Below, in pieces: positions 50,494 to 58,793 of a DNA stretch of 64,000 nt; within the stretch, counting starts at the first letter, position 1, and every line of letters starts with the position of its first letter. The position numbers were made by a program, and so were the translations under genes. Source of the stretch: Candidatus Woesebacteria bacterium RIFCSPHIGHO2_01_FULL_39_32 (lineage in GTDB: Bacteria; Patescibacteriota; Microgenomatia; UBA8517); the NCBI GenBank assembly GCA_001792345.1, contig MGGJ01000001.1:217710-281709 (forward strand). The letters run 5' to 3'. Under the pieces are notes generated by a model, which was given only the letters and a program-made list of their open reading frames with translations, had not been told where the DNA came from and made no database searches.

Positions 50494-51589
50494 TGATACA
50501 AAAAAAGTTGTCTTGACTGGAGGACATGCGGGTTCAACGGCATATGTTGTAATCGAGGAAATAAGAAAACAAAATAAAAATTGGGATTTATATTGGATCG
50601 GATCTAAAAGTTCTATTGAAGGAGCGAAAGTTCCTCCAATTTCTTCGATATATTTTCCGAAATACGGAATTAAGACATATGGAATTATAGCAGGACGCCT
50701 GCAAAGAAAGTTTACACTTCACACTGTCCCTTCGCTCTTAAAAATCCCAATAGGATTTATTCATGCAATTTATCTTCTGGCTAAAATTAAACCGGATGTA
50801 GTTTTGTCATTTGGTGGTTTTAGTGCGTTTCCGGTCGTTGTTGTTGCTGGCATCTTCGGAATTCCTGTAATAATTCATGAACAAACCTCGGTTGTTGGGA
50901 GAGCAAATAAATATTCGGCCACTTTTTCAAAAAGAATTGCAATTTCAAGAGATACCAGTGCCAGATTTTTTCCGAAAGAAAAGACGCTGCTTACGGGTAA
51001 CCCTACTCCTTACGATATTAAATCAAACCTAAAAAATCTACCGAAGATTCCTGCTATTTTTATAACCGGTGGGCAATCTGGATCGGTTGTGATTAACGAT
51101 GCAGTTGAAAGTGCTCTTCCTAAATTATTGAAAGATTTCCGAGTAGTTCATCTAACTGGGATTAGGCAGGAGGATAAATTTAGACATATTTGGGAAAAAT
51201 TAGATTCAAAATTAAAAGAAAGATATAAAGTTTACGGACAGGTTGATTTTAAAAAATACAGCGAGATTTTTAATTCCTCAACTTTATTGATTTCCAGGGC
51301 TGGAGCTAATACTGTATCAAAGATTCTTGTTTCAAAAAAACCCTCTATTCTAATCCCTCTTCCAATTTCATATCTTAACGAACAGGAAAAAAATGCGATT
51401 TACGCTAAAAACTTTGGCCTTGCAAGAGTACTTTTGCAAGATGATCTAACTCCCGAAAGTTTATTAGACGAAGTTTTTTATTTAATCGAAAATTGGAATG
51501 AAATTCTGGACAATGTGTCTAAAAAAGAAACTCCCGACGTTCATGCTGCCGAAAAACTTGTAAGTCTAATTGAGGAGGAGCTTAAATGA
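50480..51589 (+). CDS. murG: UDP-GlcNAc:lipid I N-acetylglucosaminyltransferase MurG
   Basis: VVLTGGHAGSTAYV N-terminal GT28 motif, ...HEQTS..., and C-terminal ISRAGANTVSKIL. Confidence 0.8.
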   Translation: MAKNNDTKKVVLTGGHAGSTAYVVIEEIRKQNKNWDLYWIGSKSSIEGAKVPPISSIYFPKYGIKTYGIIAGRLQRKFTLHTVPSLLKIPIGFIHAIYLLAKIKPDVVLSFGGFSAFPVVVVAGIFGIPVIIHEQTSVVGRANKYSATFSKRIAISRDTSARFFPKEKTLLTGNPTPYDIKSNLKNLPKIPAIFITGGQSGSVVINDAVESALPKLLKDFRVVHLTGIRQEDKFRHIWEKLDSKLKERYKVYGQVDFKKYSEIFNSSTLLISRAGANTVSKILVSKKPSILIPLPISYLNEQEKNAIYAKNFGLARVLLQDDLTPESLLDEVFYLIENWNEILDNVSKKETPDVHAAEKLVSLIEEELK

Positions 51590-52287
51590 AACTTTTGGCC
51601 AAATTAAAAATTCCATTTACAATAATTGTTGCCGGCCTTCTGATTTCAGTAATTTCTGGATTAATAAAAATAAGAGAAATTTCCTGTGAAAATCAAAATG
51701 GAGAATGTAGTCGTGGAGTTACGCAAAAATTTACTGAGGCAAAGGGCCTGCCATATTCTTCTGCAAAAAATAAGTTAACAGAAATGCTGCAGAGTAATGT
51801 TGCTGTCAAAAAATATACTATTCATTTCCAAATTCCGGCGAAACTTGAAGTTAATATTATTGAAAGTAAACCAAAATATGCGCTTAAAAATTCTACTTCG
51901 AATATTTTTTCATTGGTGGGGGAAGACGGTAGAGTAATTTCTCAGGCCGAATCGTCAGATCTCCCGACATTATTTGTTGAAAAAGATTTACACCCAACTA
52001 CCCAAACAATTGATATGGAAACTCTTTTTGCTTCTGAAATAGTATTTTCGATATCAAATATTCATAAATTTAAAAGCGCACGTCTTGAGGGAGGTAAATT
52101 GATCGTTGAAGTAGTAGAAGGTCCTACTGTAATATTTCCACTTGAGGGAGATAGAGAAATACTCTTAGGGTCATACGTACTGGTTACGGATGAGTTGAAG
52201 AAGGAAGGAATTGGTTCTACAATAAAAAATCCTAGGATTATTGATTTACGGTTCAAAAATCCGATTTTAAAGTATGTCCAAAAATAA
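51586..52287 (+). CDS. ftsQ: Cell division protein FtsQ/DivIB-like (POTRA domain)
   Basis: Single TM helix and a POTRA-like VAVKKYTIHFQIPAKLEVNIIESKPKYAL; canonical position before ftsA. Confidence 0.55.
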   Translation: MKLLAKLKIPFTIIVAGLLISVISGLIKIREISCENQNGECSRGVTQKFTEAKGLPYSSAKNKLTEMLQSNVAVKKYTIHFQIPAKLEVNIIESKPKYALKNSTSNIFSLVGEDGRVISQAESSDLPTLFVEKDLHPTTQTIDMETLFASEIVFSISNIHKFKSARLEGGKLIVEVVEGPTVIFPLEGDREILLGSYVLVTDELKKEGIGSTIKNPRIIDLRFKNPILKYVQK

Positions 52288-53548
52288 AATCATTGCAGGA
52301 ATAGAACTGGGCTCTTCTAAAGTTGCCACAATTATCGCTCAAATTAATGTTGATAGTGTTAGTTTTGAAAGGTCTGTAAATTTAATTGGTGTTTCCTCAA
52401 TTGAATCAAGGGGGGTAAAAAAGGGTCAAATCGTAGATATAGATGAAGCGGTCGAATCAATGATAGCAGGTGTGGAGGCAGCAGAGAGGATGGCGGGGTA
52501 TAACCTGGATAATGCTTACATTTCTTTGGGTGGAGGGCATGTTTCTTCTCAAAATTCCCACGGAGTTGTTGCAGTTTCGGATCCCGACGGAGAAATTTCG
52601 GAAGAAGACGTCGCCCGAGTGATAGAGGCGGCTAGTGCAATTTCTCTTCCGTCATCAAGGGAGCTAATCCATGTTTTACCTCGAGAGTTTGTTGTCGATG
52701 GTGAAGTCGGAGTAAAAGATGCAGTAGGAATGAGTGGAGTTCGCTTGGAAGTGCAAACGCATCTGATTACGGCATCAGGCGCTGCCGTAAAAAATCTAAG
52801 AAAAGCAGTTAATGAGGTTGGAATAACTGTAAATGAGCTAGTCTTTTCCGGTTTGGCTTCAAGCGAGGCGGTTCTAACCAAGACGGAAAAAGAACTTGGA
52901 TGCGTATTAATTGATATTGGGGGCGGAACGACCTCTATTGCCACTTTTGTTGACGGGGCATTAAGTTTTTCGGCTGTCCTTCCCATTGGAGCAAAAAATG
53001 TAACGAACGATTTAGCAATAGGCTTAAGGGTTTCTTTGGAATCTGCCGAAAAAATAAAACTGGAACTCTCCAAAGAAGAGAAAAAGACAAAAAAGATAAA
53101 AGATGCTTCTGGTGATGAATTTGACTTGCAATCAATTGGAATAACCGAAGCTAGAAAGGTTTCTAAAAAAACTCTTACGGATGGTATTATTCGACCGCGG
53201 CTTAACGAAATTTTTACAATGGTGAAACTTGCTCTTGATAGGGAGGGACTTTCGGCCTTAATTCCGGCTGGAGCGATCTTAACCGGGGGGGGTGCTGAGA
53301 CCGTAGGTAGCCTGGAAGCGGCAAAAAGGATGATGTCGCTTCCGGTAAGAATAGGTAAACCTAAGGGCGTCGGAGGATTAATAGATGATGTAATTGATCC
53401 TGTCTTTGCAACTCCGGTTGGATTGGTGTTATACGCAGCTAAACAATCAAATGACGAGTCATTGACAAGCATAGGACGAAAGTTTAAACTGCCCTCGAAA
53501 GGTGTTGTAGGAAAACTTTTAGAAACGCTTAAGGATCTTCTGCCCTAA
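52274..53548 (+). CDS. ftsA: Cell division protein FtsA
   Basis: Actin-fold phosphate-1 IIAGIELGSSKVATIIA and CVLIDIGGGTTSIA motifs. Confidence 0.85.
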   Translation: MSKNKIIAGIELGSSKVATIIAQINVDSVSFERSVNLIGVSSIESRGVKKGQIVDIDEAVESMIAGVEAAERMAGYNLDNAYISLGGGHVSSQNSHGVVAVSDPDGEISEEDVARVIEAASAISLPSSRELIHVLPREFVVDGEVGVKDAVGMSGVRLEVQTHLITASGAAVKNLRKAVNEVGITVNELVFSGLASSEAVLTKTEKELGCVLIDIGGGTTSIATFVDGALSFSAVLPIGAKNVTNDLAIGLRVSLESAEKIKLELSKEEKKTKKIKDASGDEFDLQSIGITEARKVSKKTLTDGIIRPRLNEIFTMVKLALDREGLSALIPAGAILTGGGAETVGSLEAAKRMMSLPVRIGKPKGVGGLIDDVIDPVFATPVGLVLYAAKQSNDESLTSIGRKFKLPSKGVVGKLLETLKDLLP

Positions 53549-53599
53549 TGATAGGATACTAAGATATTAGGATAATATATTGAAATTCTAAATAAATAG

Positions 53600-53628
53600 T
53601 TGTATTTTAGACTTCAATACACTAGAAT
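53600..53628 (+). promoter_or_regulatory. Candidate ftsZ promoter: TTGTAT (53600-53605), 17-nt spacer, TAGAAT (53623-53628)
   Basis: Near-consensus hexamers with ideal spacing 15 bp upstream of the AAAAGGT Shine-Dalgarno and ATG 53644. Confidence 0.45.
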
Positions 53629-53643
53629 CTGTCCACAAAAGGT

Positions 53644-54792
53644 ATGGCTTTAGTTAAACCGGATTCAGCTAGAGTTGCTAAAATTAAGGTAATCGGAATT
53701 GGTGGCGGTGGAAGTAACGCCGTCGCTTCCATGATTGAAGGTAATGACGTAACGGGCGTTGAATTTATTTCCGTAAATACAGACGCACAGGTTCTTCTTG
53801 CCAATAAATCTCCCACTAAACTTCAGATTGGAGAAAAACTTACTAAAGGATTGGGCTCCGGTGGAGATCCGGAAGTCGGAGTACAAGCTGCTGAGGAGTC
53901 AAAAGATAGAATTAAAGAGCTTCTAATTGATTCTGATATGGTTTTTATTACATCTGGTATGGGTGGAGGAACAGGTACAGGTGCATCTCCTGTTATTGCA
54001 AATATTGCCAAAGAGGTTGGCGCACTTACTGTAGCAATTGTTACTAAACCCTTCCATTTTGAAGGGACAAGACGCTCTGTCGTAGCAGAGGAGGGGATAG
54101 AAAAACTACGTGAACAGGTAGATACCTTGATTGTTATTCCAAACCAGCGCTTGATGGATGTAATTGACAGGAAAATGACCCTCTTGGAAGCATTCAAAGT
54201 AGCGGATTCGGTTCTTGGTCAGGCTGTATCGGGAATTGCCGATATCATCACTACCCCGGGACTCATTAACGTTGACTTTGCAGATGTGAAGACTATTATG
54301 AGTGACTCAGGAACAGCCCTACTGGGAATCGGAACCGGAGTAGGGGAAAATAGAGCTCAGATGGCAGCCCGCGCGTCGATTTCTTCACCACTTCTTGATT
54401 TGTCTATAGAAGGTGCAACAGGAGTGCTTTTCAATATTACAGGAGGAAATGATCTTACGATGTTTGAGGTAGATGAGGCTGCCCGAATTATATCTTCTTC
54501 TGCCGATGCCGATGCAAATATTATTTTCGGTGCAGTTATTAAGGAAGACCTGGCTGACCAGATTAGAATAACCGTAGTTGCCACAGGTTTTGATGAAACA
54601 AGAGCAAGAATAGCACAATTTACTCAGCCAAAAGTGACCCCGACTATTCAAGGGGTTGTAAGTGAAGCTCCGAAAGAGGAAGAGGAAGCGGAGGAAAAGG
54701 AAGACGAAGAAGAACCACCCATGGGTGAAGGCGAAGACGACGTCTTCGGTGAAAAATTTGAAATACCGGCATTCCTTCGAAAGATTACCTAA
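53644..54792 (+). CDS. ftsZ: Cell division GTPase FtsZ
   Basis: Tubulin signature GGGTGTG (SGMGGGTGTGASPVIA), T7 loop NVDFADV, and an acidic C-terminal tail ending in the conserved FtsA-binding peptide IPAFLRK. Confidence 0.9.
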   Translation: MALVKPDSARVAKIKVIGIGGGGSNAVASMIEGNDVTGVEFISVNTDAQVLLANKSPTKLQIGEKLTKGLGSGGDPEVGVQAAEESKDRIKELLIDSDMVFITSGMGGGTGTGASPVIANIAKEVGALTVAIVTKPFHFEGTRRSVVAEEGIEKLREQVDTLIVIPNQRLMDVIDRKMTLLEAFKVADSVLGQAVSGIADIITTPGLINVDFADVKTIMSDSGTALLGIGTGVGENRAQMAARASISSPLLDLSIEGATGVLFNITGGNDLTMFEVDEAARIISSSADADANIIFGAVIKEDLADQIRITVVATGFDETRARIAQFTQPKVTPTIQGVVSEAPKEEEEAEEKEDEEEPPMGEGEDDVFGEKFEIPAFLRKIT

Positions 54793-54984
54793 TTAACTCT
54801 TCCTGTTTTTTGTATCACCATTACTTAGTTGGTTTTCGAGTATTTTTTCTATTTCAGAAACATTTGTTTCTTTGAGCATTTCTCGTAGTTCTCTATCCAT
54901 TTTCTTGTTCACGCGACCCGAGTGTATTTGGCTTGCCAGAAGATGTAGAGCTTTCGTTAATTCTTTTTCGGAAATAAGTATCAT
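54793..54984 (-). CDS. Hypothetical small protein
   Basis: 63-aa ORF only. Confidence 0.25.
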   Translation of the reverse strand: MILISEKELTKALHLLASQIHSGRVNKKMDRELREMLKETNVSEIEKILENQLSNGDTKNRKS

Positions 54985-55033
54985 CTGTAAAAGGAGTTCA
55001 CTCCTTAGGCAATGTCGGCAGACTTCTCCATAA

Positions 55034-56218
55034 TCAGTCCGTTTCTATAACAGGCGGCTCTTTTTTGACATAACTATTTTCAATTGAGGCTACCATTCTC
55101 CTTAATATTATCGGTTCTACCATGTTATGACCTCCGACCGGATCATATACAAGTGTTGCATTTTGAAGGCTGGTGCTTGCTTGGTATCCCATTGCGCGAA
55201 CTACGGCATCGTTTTTTTTGAAATAACAAACTGTTCGGACACTGTCGGGTATTCTACTTAAGACAGATTCCCAGTCAATCTCCCTGATTCTGTCAACTAG
55301 CGATGCGAAGCTTTTGGGTGTATTTTCTAAGACAAAAGAGACCATATTTTGCTCATCTATATCTTTATCTAAAAGAAATGCAAAAACTTCTCTGGCTTGT
55401 CTAATAGCAGATTGTGGAGTATCAGATAGTTTTCGTACTACTTTGATAACTTTAGAAAATGCTATCGGGTAGTCTCTGTCATTAGCTTTATATGGAGATG
55501 ATATTGTAATTAGATTGGCCACCTTATCCGGGTGGTTAGAAGCAAGTACTGCCCCCACTAAACCGCCTAGCGAATGGCCTACAACAGTAACCGGTCCATT
55601 TATTCCCATTTTTTTCAATTCGTCAAAAACAAATTCGGCGACATTTTCCATATTTACATCTTGTCCTACCAATTTGTTTGGTCTCTTTTCATGCACCGGA
55701 ACGCGAGAGTTGATATCTATGCCTCTTACGACTTCTCCTTCTTCCCTTACCATATCTAAGTTTCCAGTGCCTACCCACCACTCACCAGCCTTAAAAATAT
55801 TTTCAACTACATCAGGATCCTCCGGTATTTTTTGATCGAACTTTGGCAAGGATATTGCAACCATTCGGATATGCATATTAGGATTTAAATTTCTAAGTTC
55901 CTTGATCCAAAGGCGCCACATTTCTGCGTTACGCCCCTGGCCATGTAGAAAGACTATGGCGTGAGGCACTACTGCCTCTTGAAGTTCTGTGTCGGGAAAG
56001 GATCGCTCGAAACTTTGAGTGAATTCCGTCTCTGCAGCTTTTTGTTGTACTATCTGCTCTTTGTTTTTCCTCAGTATTCCAGGTATTGACCGCAAATAGT
56101 CCATCAAAACACTTCTTTCCTCTACTGGTTCTAATGAGGTGTCCCTGGGAGGCTCGCCAATAATACGAATATTTGCGGAAACTTGAGTATCGGTTTCTGC
56201 AAATTCAGTTTGTTCCAT
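55034..56218 (-). CDS. Alpha/beta-hydrolase fold protein (lipase/esterase-like)
   Basis: Nucleophile elbow VVGHSLGG, and HGQGRN upstream. Confidence 0.55.
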   Translation of the reverse strand: MEQTEFAETDTQVSANIRIIGEPPRDTSLEPVEERSVLMDYLRSIPGILRKNKEQIVQQKAAETEFTQSFERSFPDTELQEAVVPHAIVFLHGQGRNAEMWRLWIKELRNLNPNMHIRMVAISLPKFDQKIPEDPDVVENIFKAGEWWVGTGNLDMVREEGEVVRGIDINSRVPVHEKRPNKLVGQDVNMENVAEFVFDELKKMGINGPVTVVGHSLGGLVGAVLASNHPDKVANLITISSPYKANDRDYPIAFSKVIKVVRKLSDTPQSAIRQAREVFAFLLDKDIDEQNMVSFVLENTPKSFASLVDRIREIDWESVLSRIPDSVRTVCYFKKNDAVVRAMGYQASTSLQNATLVYDPVGGHNMVEPIILRRMVASIENSYVKKEPPVIETD

Positions 56219-56290
56219 CTAAAATATAAAAAAGTATATTATAAGTTCTGTAATTAAGCAATAAATCTATAAAGAAATATCAATATCTTT

Positions 56291-56902
56291 TTGTTATACT
56301 TCAAAAAATCCTATATTGTGCGATTGAGATTACTCGTTATCGTTCTTTTTATACTTTTGCTTATTGCTGTAGGGATAATAATTTTATTGATCAAACAGCA
56401 AAACTTTTATTTTTCTTTTGAAAAAGCCATCTCACCCACACCGACTTTAACGATAGCACCAACACAGACTCCGACACCTTCTCAAAACCCCACCAAGAAA
56501 GGGGAGTTGAATAAAAATTTTTCGATCCCGCTTACCGATTCTTCGGGTAACTTAGTAAGCGGAATTGAATACACCCTTACCGAATACGAGATAACAGATG
56601 AAATTAGAGTTAAAGGACAAACAGCAAAGGCAATTTCCGGAAGAAAGTTTCTGGTTATTAACATAAAAGTAGATAACCAGTTAGATCGCGTAATCGAGAT
56701 AAATACAAAAGACTATATAAGATTATCTGTCAATAATAGTGATAATTGGCTTGCCCCTGATATTCACAATGATCCCGTGGAAGTACAAGCTTTATCGACT
56801 AAATTTACTCGACTCGGTTTTGCGATTAACGAGAAGGATATGGGTTTTGAATTACAATTAGGAAAATTGAACGGTCAAAAGGAGAACTTACTACTTTTCT
56901 AG
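56291..56902 (+). CDS. Hypothetical membrane-anchored protein with Pro/Thr linker and beta-rich C-terminal domain
   Basis: N-terminal TM helix, a PTPTLTIAPTQTPTPSQNPT linker, and a 120-aa beta domain. Confidence 0.4.
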   Translation: MLYFKKSYIVRLRLLVIVLFILLLIAVGIIILLIKQQNFYFSFEKAISPTPTLTIAPTQTPTPSQNPTKKGELNKNFSIPLTDSSGNLVSGIEYTLTEYEITDEIRVKGQTAKAISGRKFLVINIKVDNQLDRVIEINTKDYIRLSVNNSDNWLAPDIHNDPVEVQALSTKFTRLGFAINEKDMGFELQLGKLNGQKENLLLF

Positions 56903-56960
56903 AATTACGGCCTTGATCTTCAAAGTTTTAGCGACGGAGGGAGACAAATTTGAAGAAAAA
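56902..56960 (+). repeat. 55-bp direct repeat copy 1 (GAATTAYGGCCTTG...TTAGCGAYGG...GACAAATTTGAAGAA), left boundary of the repeat-punctuated island
   Basis: About 47 of 57 positions are identical to 59900-59955; its 3' end is the island motif. Confidence 0.7.
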
Positions 56961-57278
56961 TTTGAGATGTTTGTCTACTCACTTCCGGTTACAGGTAACT
57001 CTGATTCTGTACTATCAAAAACCACTCCCCCCGTTGATTGTTCGGCTCGTGATTGGTGTACAGCACGCTGAGAGAGTCTTGTGGGATCATTTTCGGCAAT
57101 CCGAGCAGATCCATCCACGAGACAACCCCAGTGTAACCTAGTGTTTAAAGGACAACTTCCGCAAAAGGGACCTGCAGAAAAATGAGGTCTGTCCGCGCTC
57201 ATATTTAACCTTAAACAGTTAAGTGGTAATTCGCAATAAGCAATAATCTATCTTCCCGTGGAAAAGTATTATTATTAC

Positions 57279-57298
57279 AAACAAATTTGAAGAGAAAT
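57279..57298 (+). repeat. Island motif copy (degenerate: ACAAACAAATTTGAAGAGAAAT)
   Basis: Matches the CAAATTTGAAGA core. Confidence 0.4.
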
Positions 57299-57313
57299 AC
57301 TTTATTTATTTTA

Positions 57314-57466
57314 TTATCTGTTACGTATACCTTGAGTTGGCGTTGCTTCTTCCATTAATAATTCCGCGGATTGTGTAAGATAACTTAAACCATAAGCCGG
57401 GTCAAACTCTTCGAACGGATCTTTATCGGGGTTAATTGCCTTCAGTTCCCCTACAACCTCGTCCAT
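57314..57466 (-). CDS. Short ORF (50 aa) homologous to the middle of the 61056-61385 coiled-coil protein; fragment or mini-paralog
   Basis: MDEVVGELKAI... versus MDEVMGELKAI in 61056-61385. It falls below the ORF-track length cut-off. Confidence 0.3.
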   Translation of the reverse strand: MDEVVGELKAINPDKDPFEEFDPAYGLSYLTQSAELLMEEATPTQGIRNR

Positions 57467-57528
57467 TTTCTAAAAAATTACACTCTTCTGAAAGTCAAGG
57501 AAAGAGGCAAACTTCACTCATATTAAAC

Positions 57529-57723
57529 TTAAGCCTTCTCGATATATTCGATAGCCTCTTGCCCATTTGGGTATGATATTTGTATCTTATCGGTAAAGGG
57601 GCCTACGACTTTTGCAGTCAATTCAAGCCTGACTCCAAATTCTTTTAATTGTGACAATTCGGTAACCCTTTGTAGCGTTTCTTGATTCAAACCTCTTTCA
57701 AAATTTCGATCAGGCCCTACCAT
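57529..57723 (-). CDS. Hypothetical small protein
   Basis: 64-aa ORF in the island; no motif. Confidence 0.25.
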   Translation of the reverse strand: MVGPDRNFERGLNQETLQRVTELSQLKEFGVRLELTAKVVGPFTDKIQISYPNGQEAIEYIEKA

Positions 57724-57807
57724 ATATTTGATTAATTGTAATCATAACAAGTCATCTGAAAAAAGCAATTTTTCCTACATACCAGATACATATTCAAAAT
57801 TCTAAAT

Positions 57808-57829
57808 CCGGGGTCAAATTTAGGATAGA
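57808..57829 (+). repeat. Island motif copy (CCGGGGTCAAATTTAGGATAG)
   Basis: Matches GGGGTCAAATTT. Confidence 0.5.
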
Positions 57830-58102
57830 ATTCGTTATTTACGTTTTCGGAGCTGCCTGTGTATCAGAAGGGGATGTTTCAACAAAATGCGCTGCTTCTT
57901 CTAACGCATCGGGCGATAACATTGATTCAAGCGGTCCTCCCTTCTCAATATCTAAAATTACGCTTTGAATATGAGAACATCAGGACTTCTAATTATTTGA
58001 GCATTTTGTTCAGGGGTTCTTTGATCTGCCGATCCGTGACCTTTAAGTATTTCTACCATAAATGATATTTTATCAGATTAAAAGCTGGTTAAAAATTTAT
58101 TA

Positions 58103-58786
58103 TTGATTTTATTAAACATAGACTTTAAGATGAAAGTTATGAGGAAAATTTCATTCTTATTATCTCTTTTGTTTATTCTACTCTCAACATCTATAGTATT
58201 TGCTAAACCGCCAAATCCCGGAGGCGGCAACGAAGATTTTGTGCCGATACTGTATTCCGTTTGCATCGATCCAGGACACGGTGGAAGTGAGGTAGGATCC
58301 GTAAACGGTAGCTTAAAGGAAAGTACGGTAAATCTTGAAGTTGCGAATCTTTTAAAAAATAAACTTATGAATTATGGCTATAATCCTGGTTTGATTTTTA
58401 TGACGAGAACAGATGATTCTGATAAATCGAATGCAGACAGATATAATTTCTGTAACTCCCAAAAAACTGCAGTTTTGATTTCAATCCATCATAACGGTTC
58501 AAGCGATTCTTCGGTTGATTACACAAGCGCGCTTTATTTCAAAGGTGAAGATAAAGAGATTGCCAATTATGTTACTCAAAACATTTCGCAAAAATTAGTT
58601 CTGCCAAATAATGGAATACGTAGGTATGCATCCGGAGTTTTACTCAAATCGAAAATGCCGGCTACAATTTCAGAAGGATTTTTTCTCACAAGTTCAGACG
58701 AGTATAATCTTATCAAAAATTCCGACAGGCTTGATCAGGAAGCTGAAGCTCTTTTTTCTGCAATCAACACATTCTTCGGGAAATAA
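58103..58786 (+). CDS. N-acetylmuramoyl-L-alanine amidase (Amidase_3 family) with signal peptide
   Basis: VCIDPGHGGSEVGSV ... ISIHHNGS ... SEGFFLTS motifs of the zinc amidase family (AmiC/CwlD/phage endolysin type); cleavable N-terminal hydrophobic leader. Confidence 0.75.
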   Translation: MILLNIDFKMKVMRKISFLLSLLFILLSTSIVFAKPPNPGGGNEDFVPILYSVCIDPGHGGSEVGSVNGSLKESTVNLEVANLLKNKLMNYGYNPGLIFMTRTDDSDKSNADRYNFCNSQKTAVLISIHHNGSSDSSVDYTSALYFKGEDKEIANYVTQNISQKLVLPNNGIRRYASGVLLKSKMPATISEGFFLTSSDEYNLIKNSDRLDQEAEALFSAINTFFGK

Positions 58787-58793
58787 TCCGAAT

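Noticed and set aside
52549-53472. 307-aa minus-strand ORF antisense to ftsA
   Set aside because: Its product is low-complexity, Ser/Thr/Pro-rich with no motifs, and lies entirely inside the strongly supported ftsA reading frame. It is a shadow ORF.
55515-55835. Plus-strand ORFs (106 and 61 aa) inside the minus-strand alpha/beta hydrolase gene
   Set aside because: They are antisense shadow ORFs with biased composition. The hydrolase frame has a clear GHSLGG catalytic motif.
56960-57200. GC-rich segment as tRNA, tmRNA, RNase P or SRP RNA
   Set aside because: There is no GGTTCGAATCC-like T-loop, no acceptor-stem pairing and no P4 or SRP domain IV consensus on either strand. It is left as an unexplained GC-rich stretch in findings rather than called as an RNA gene.
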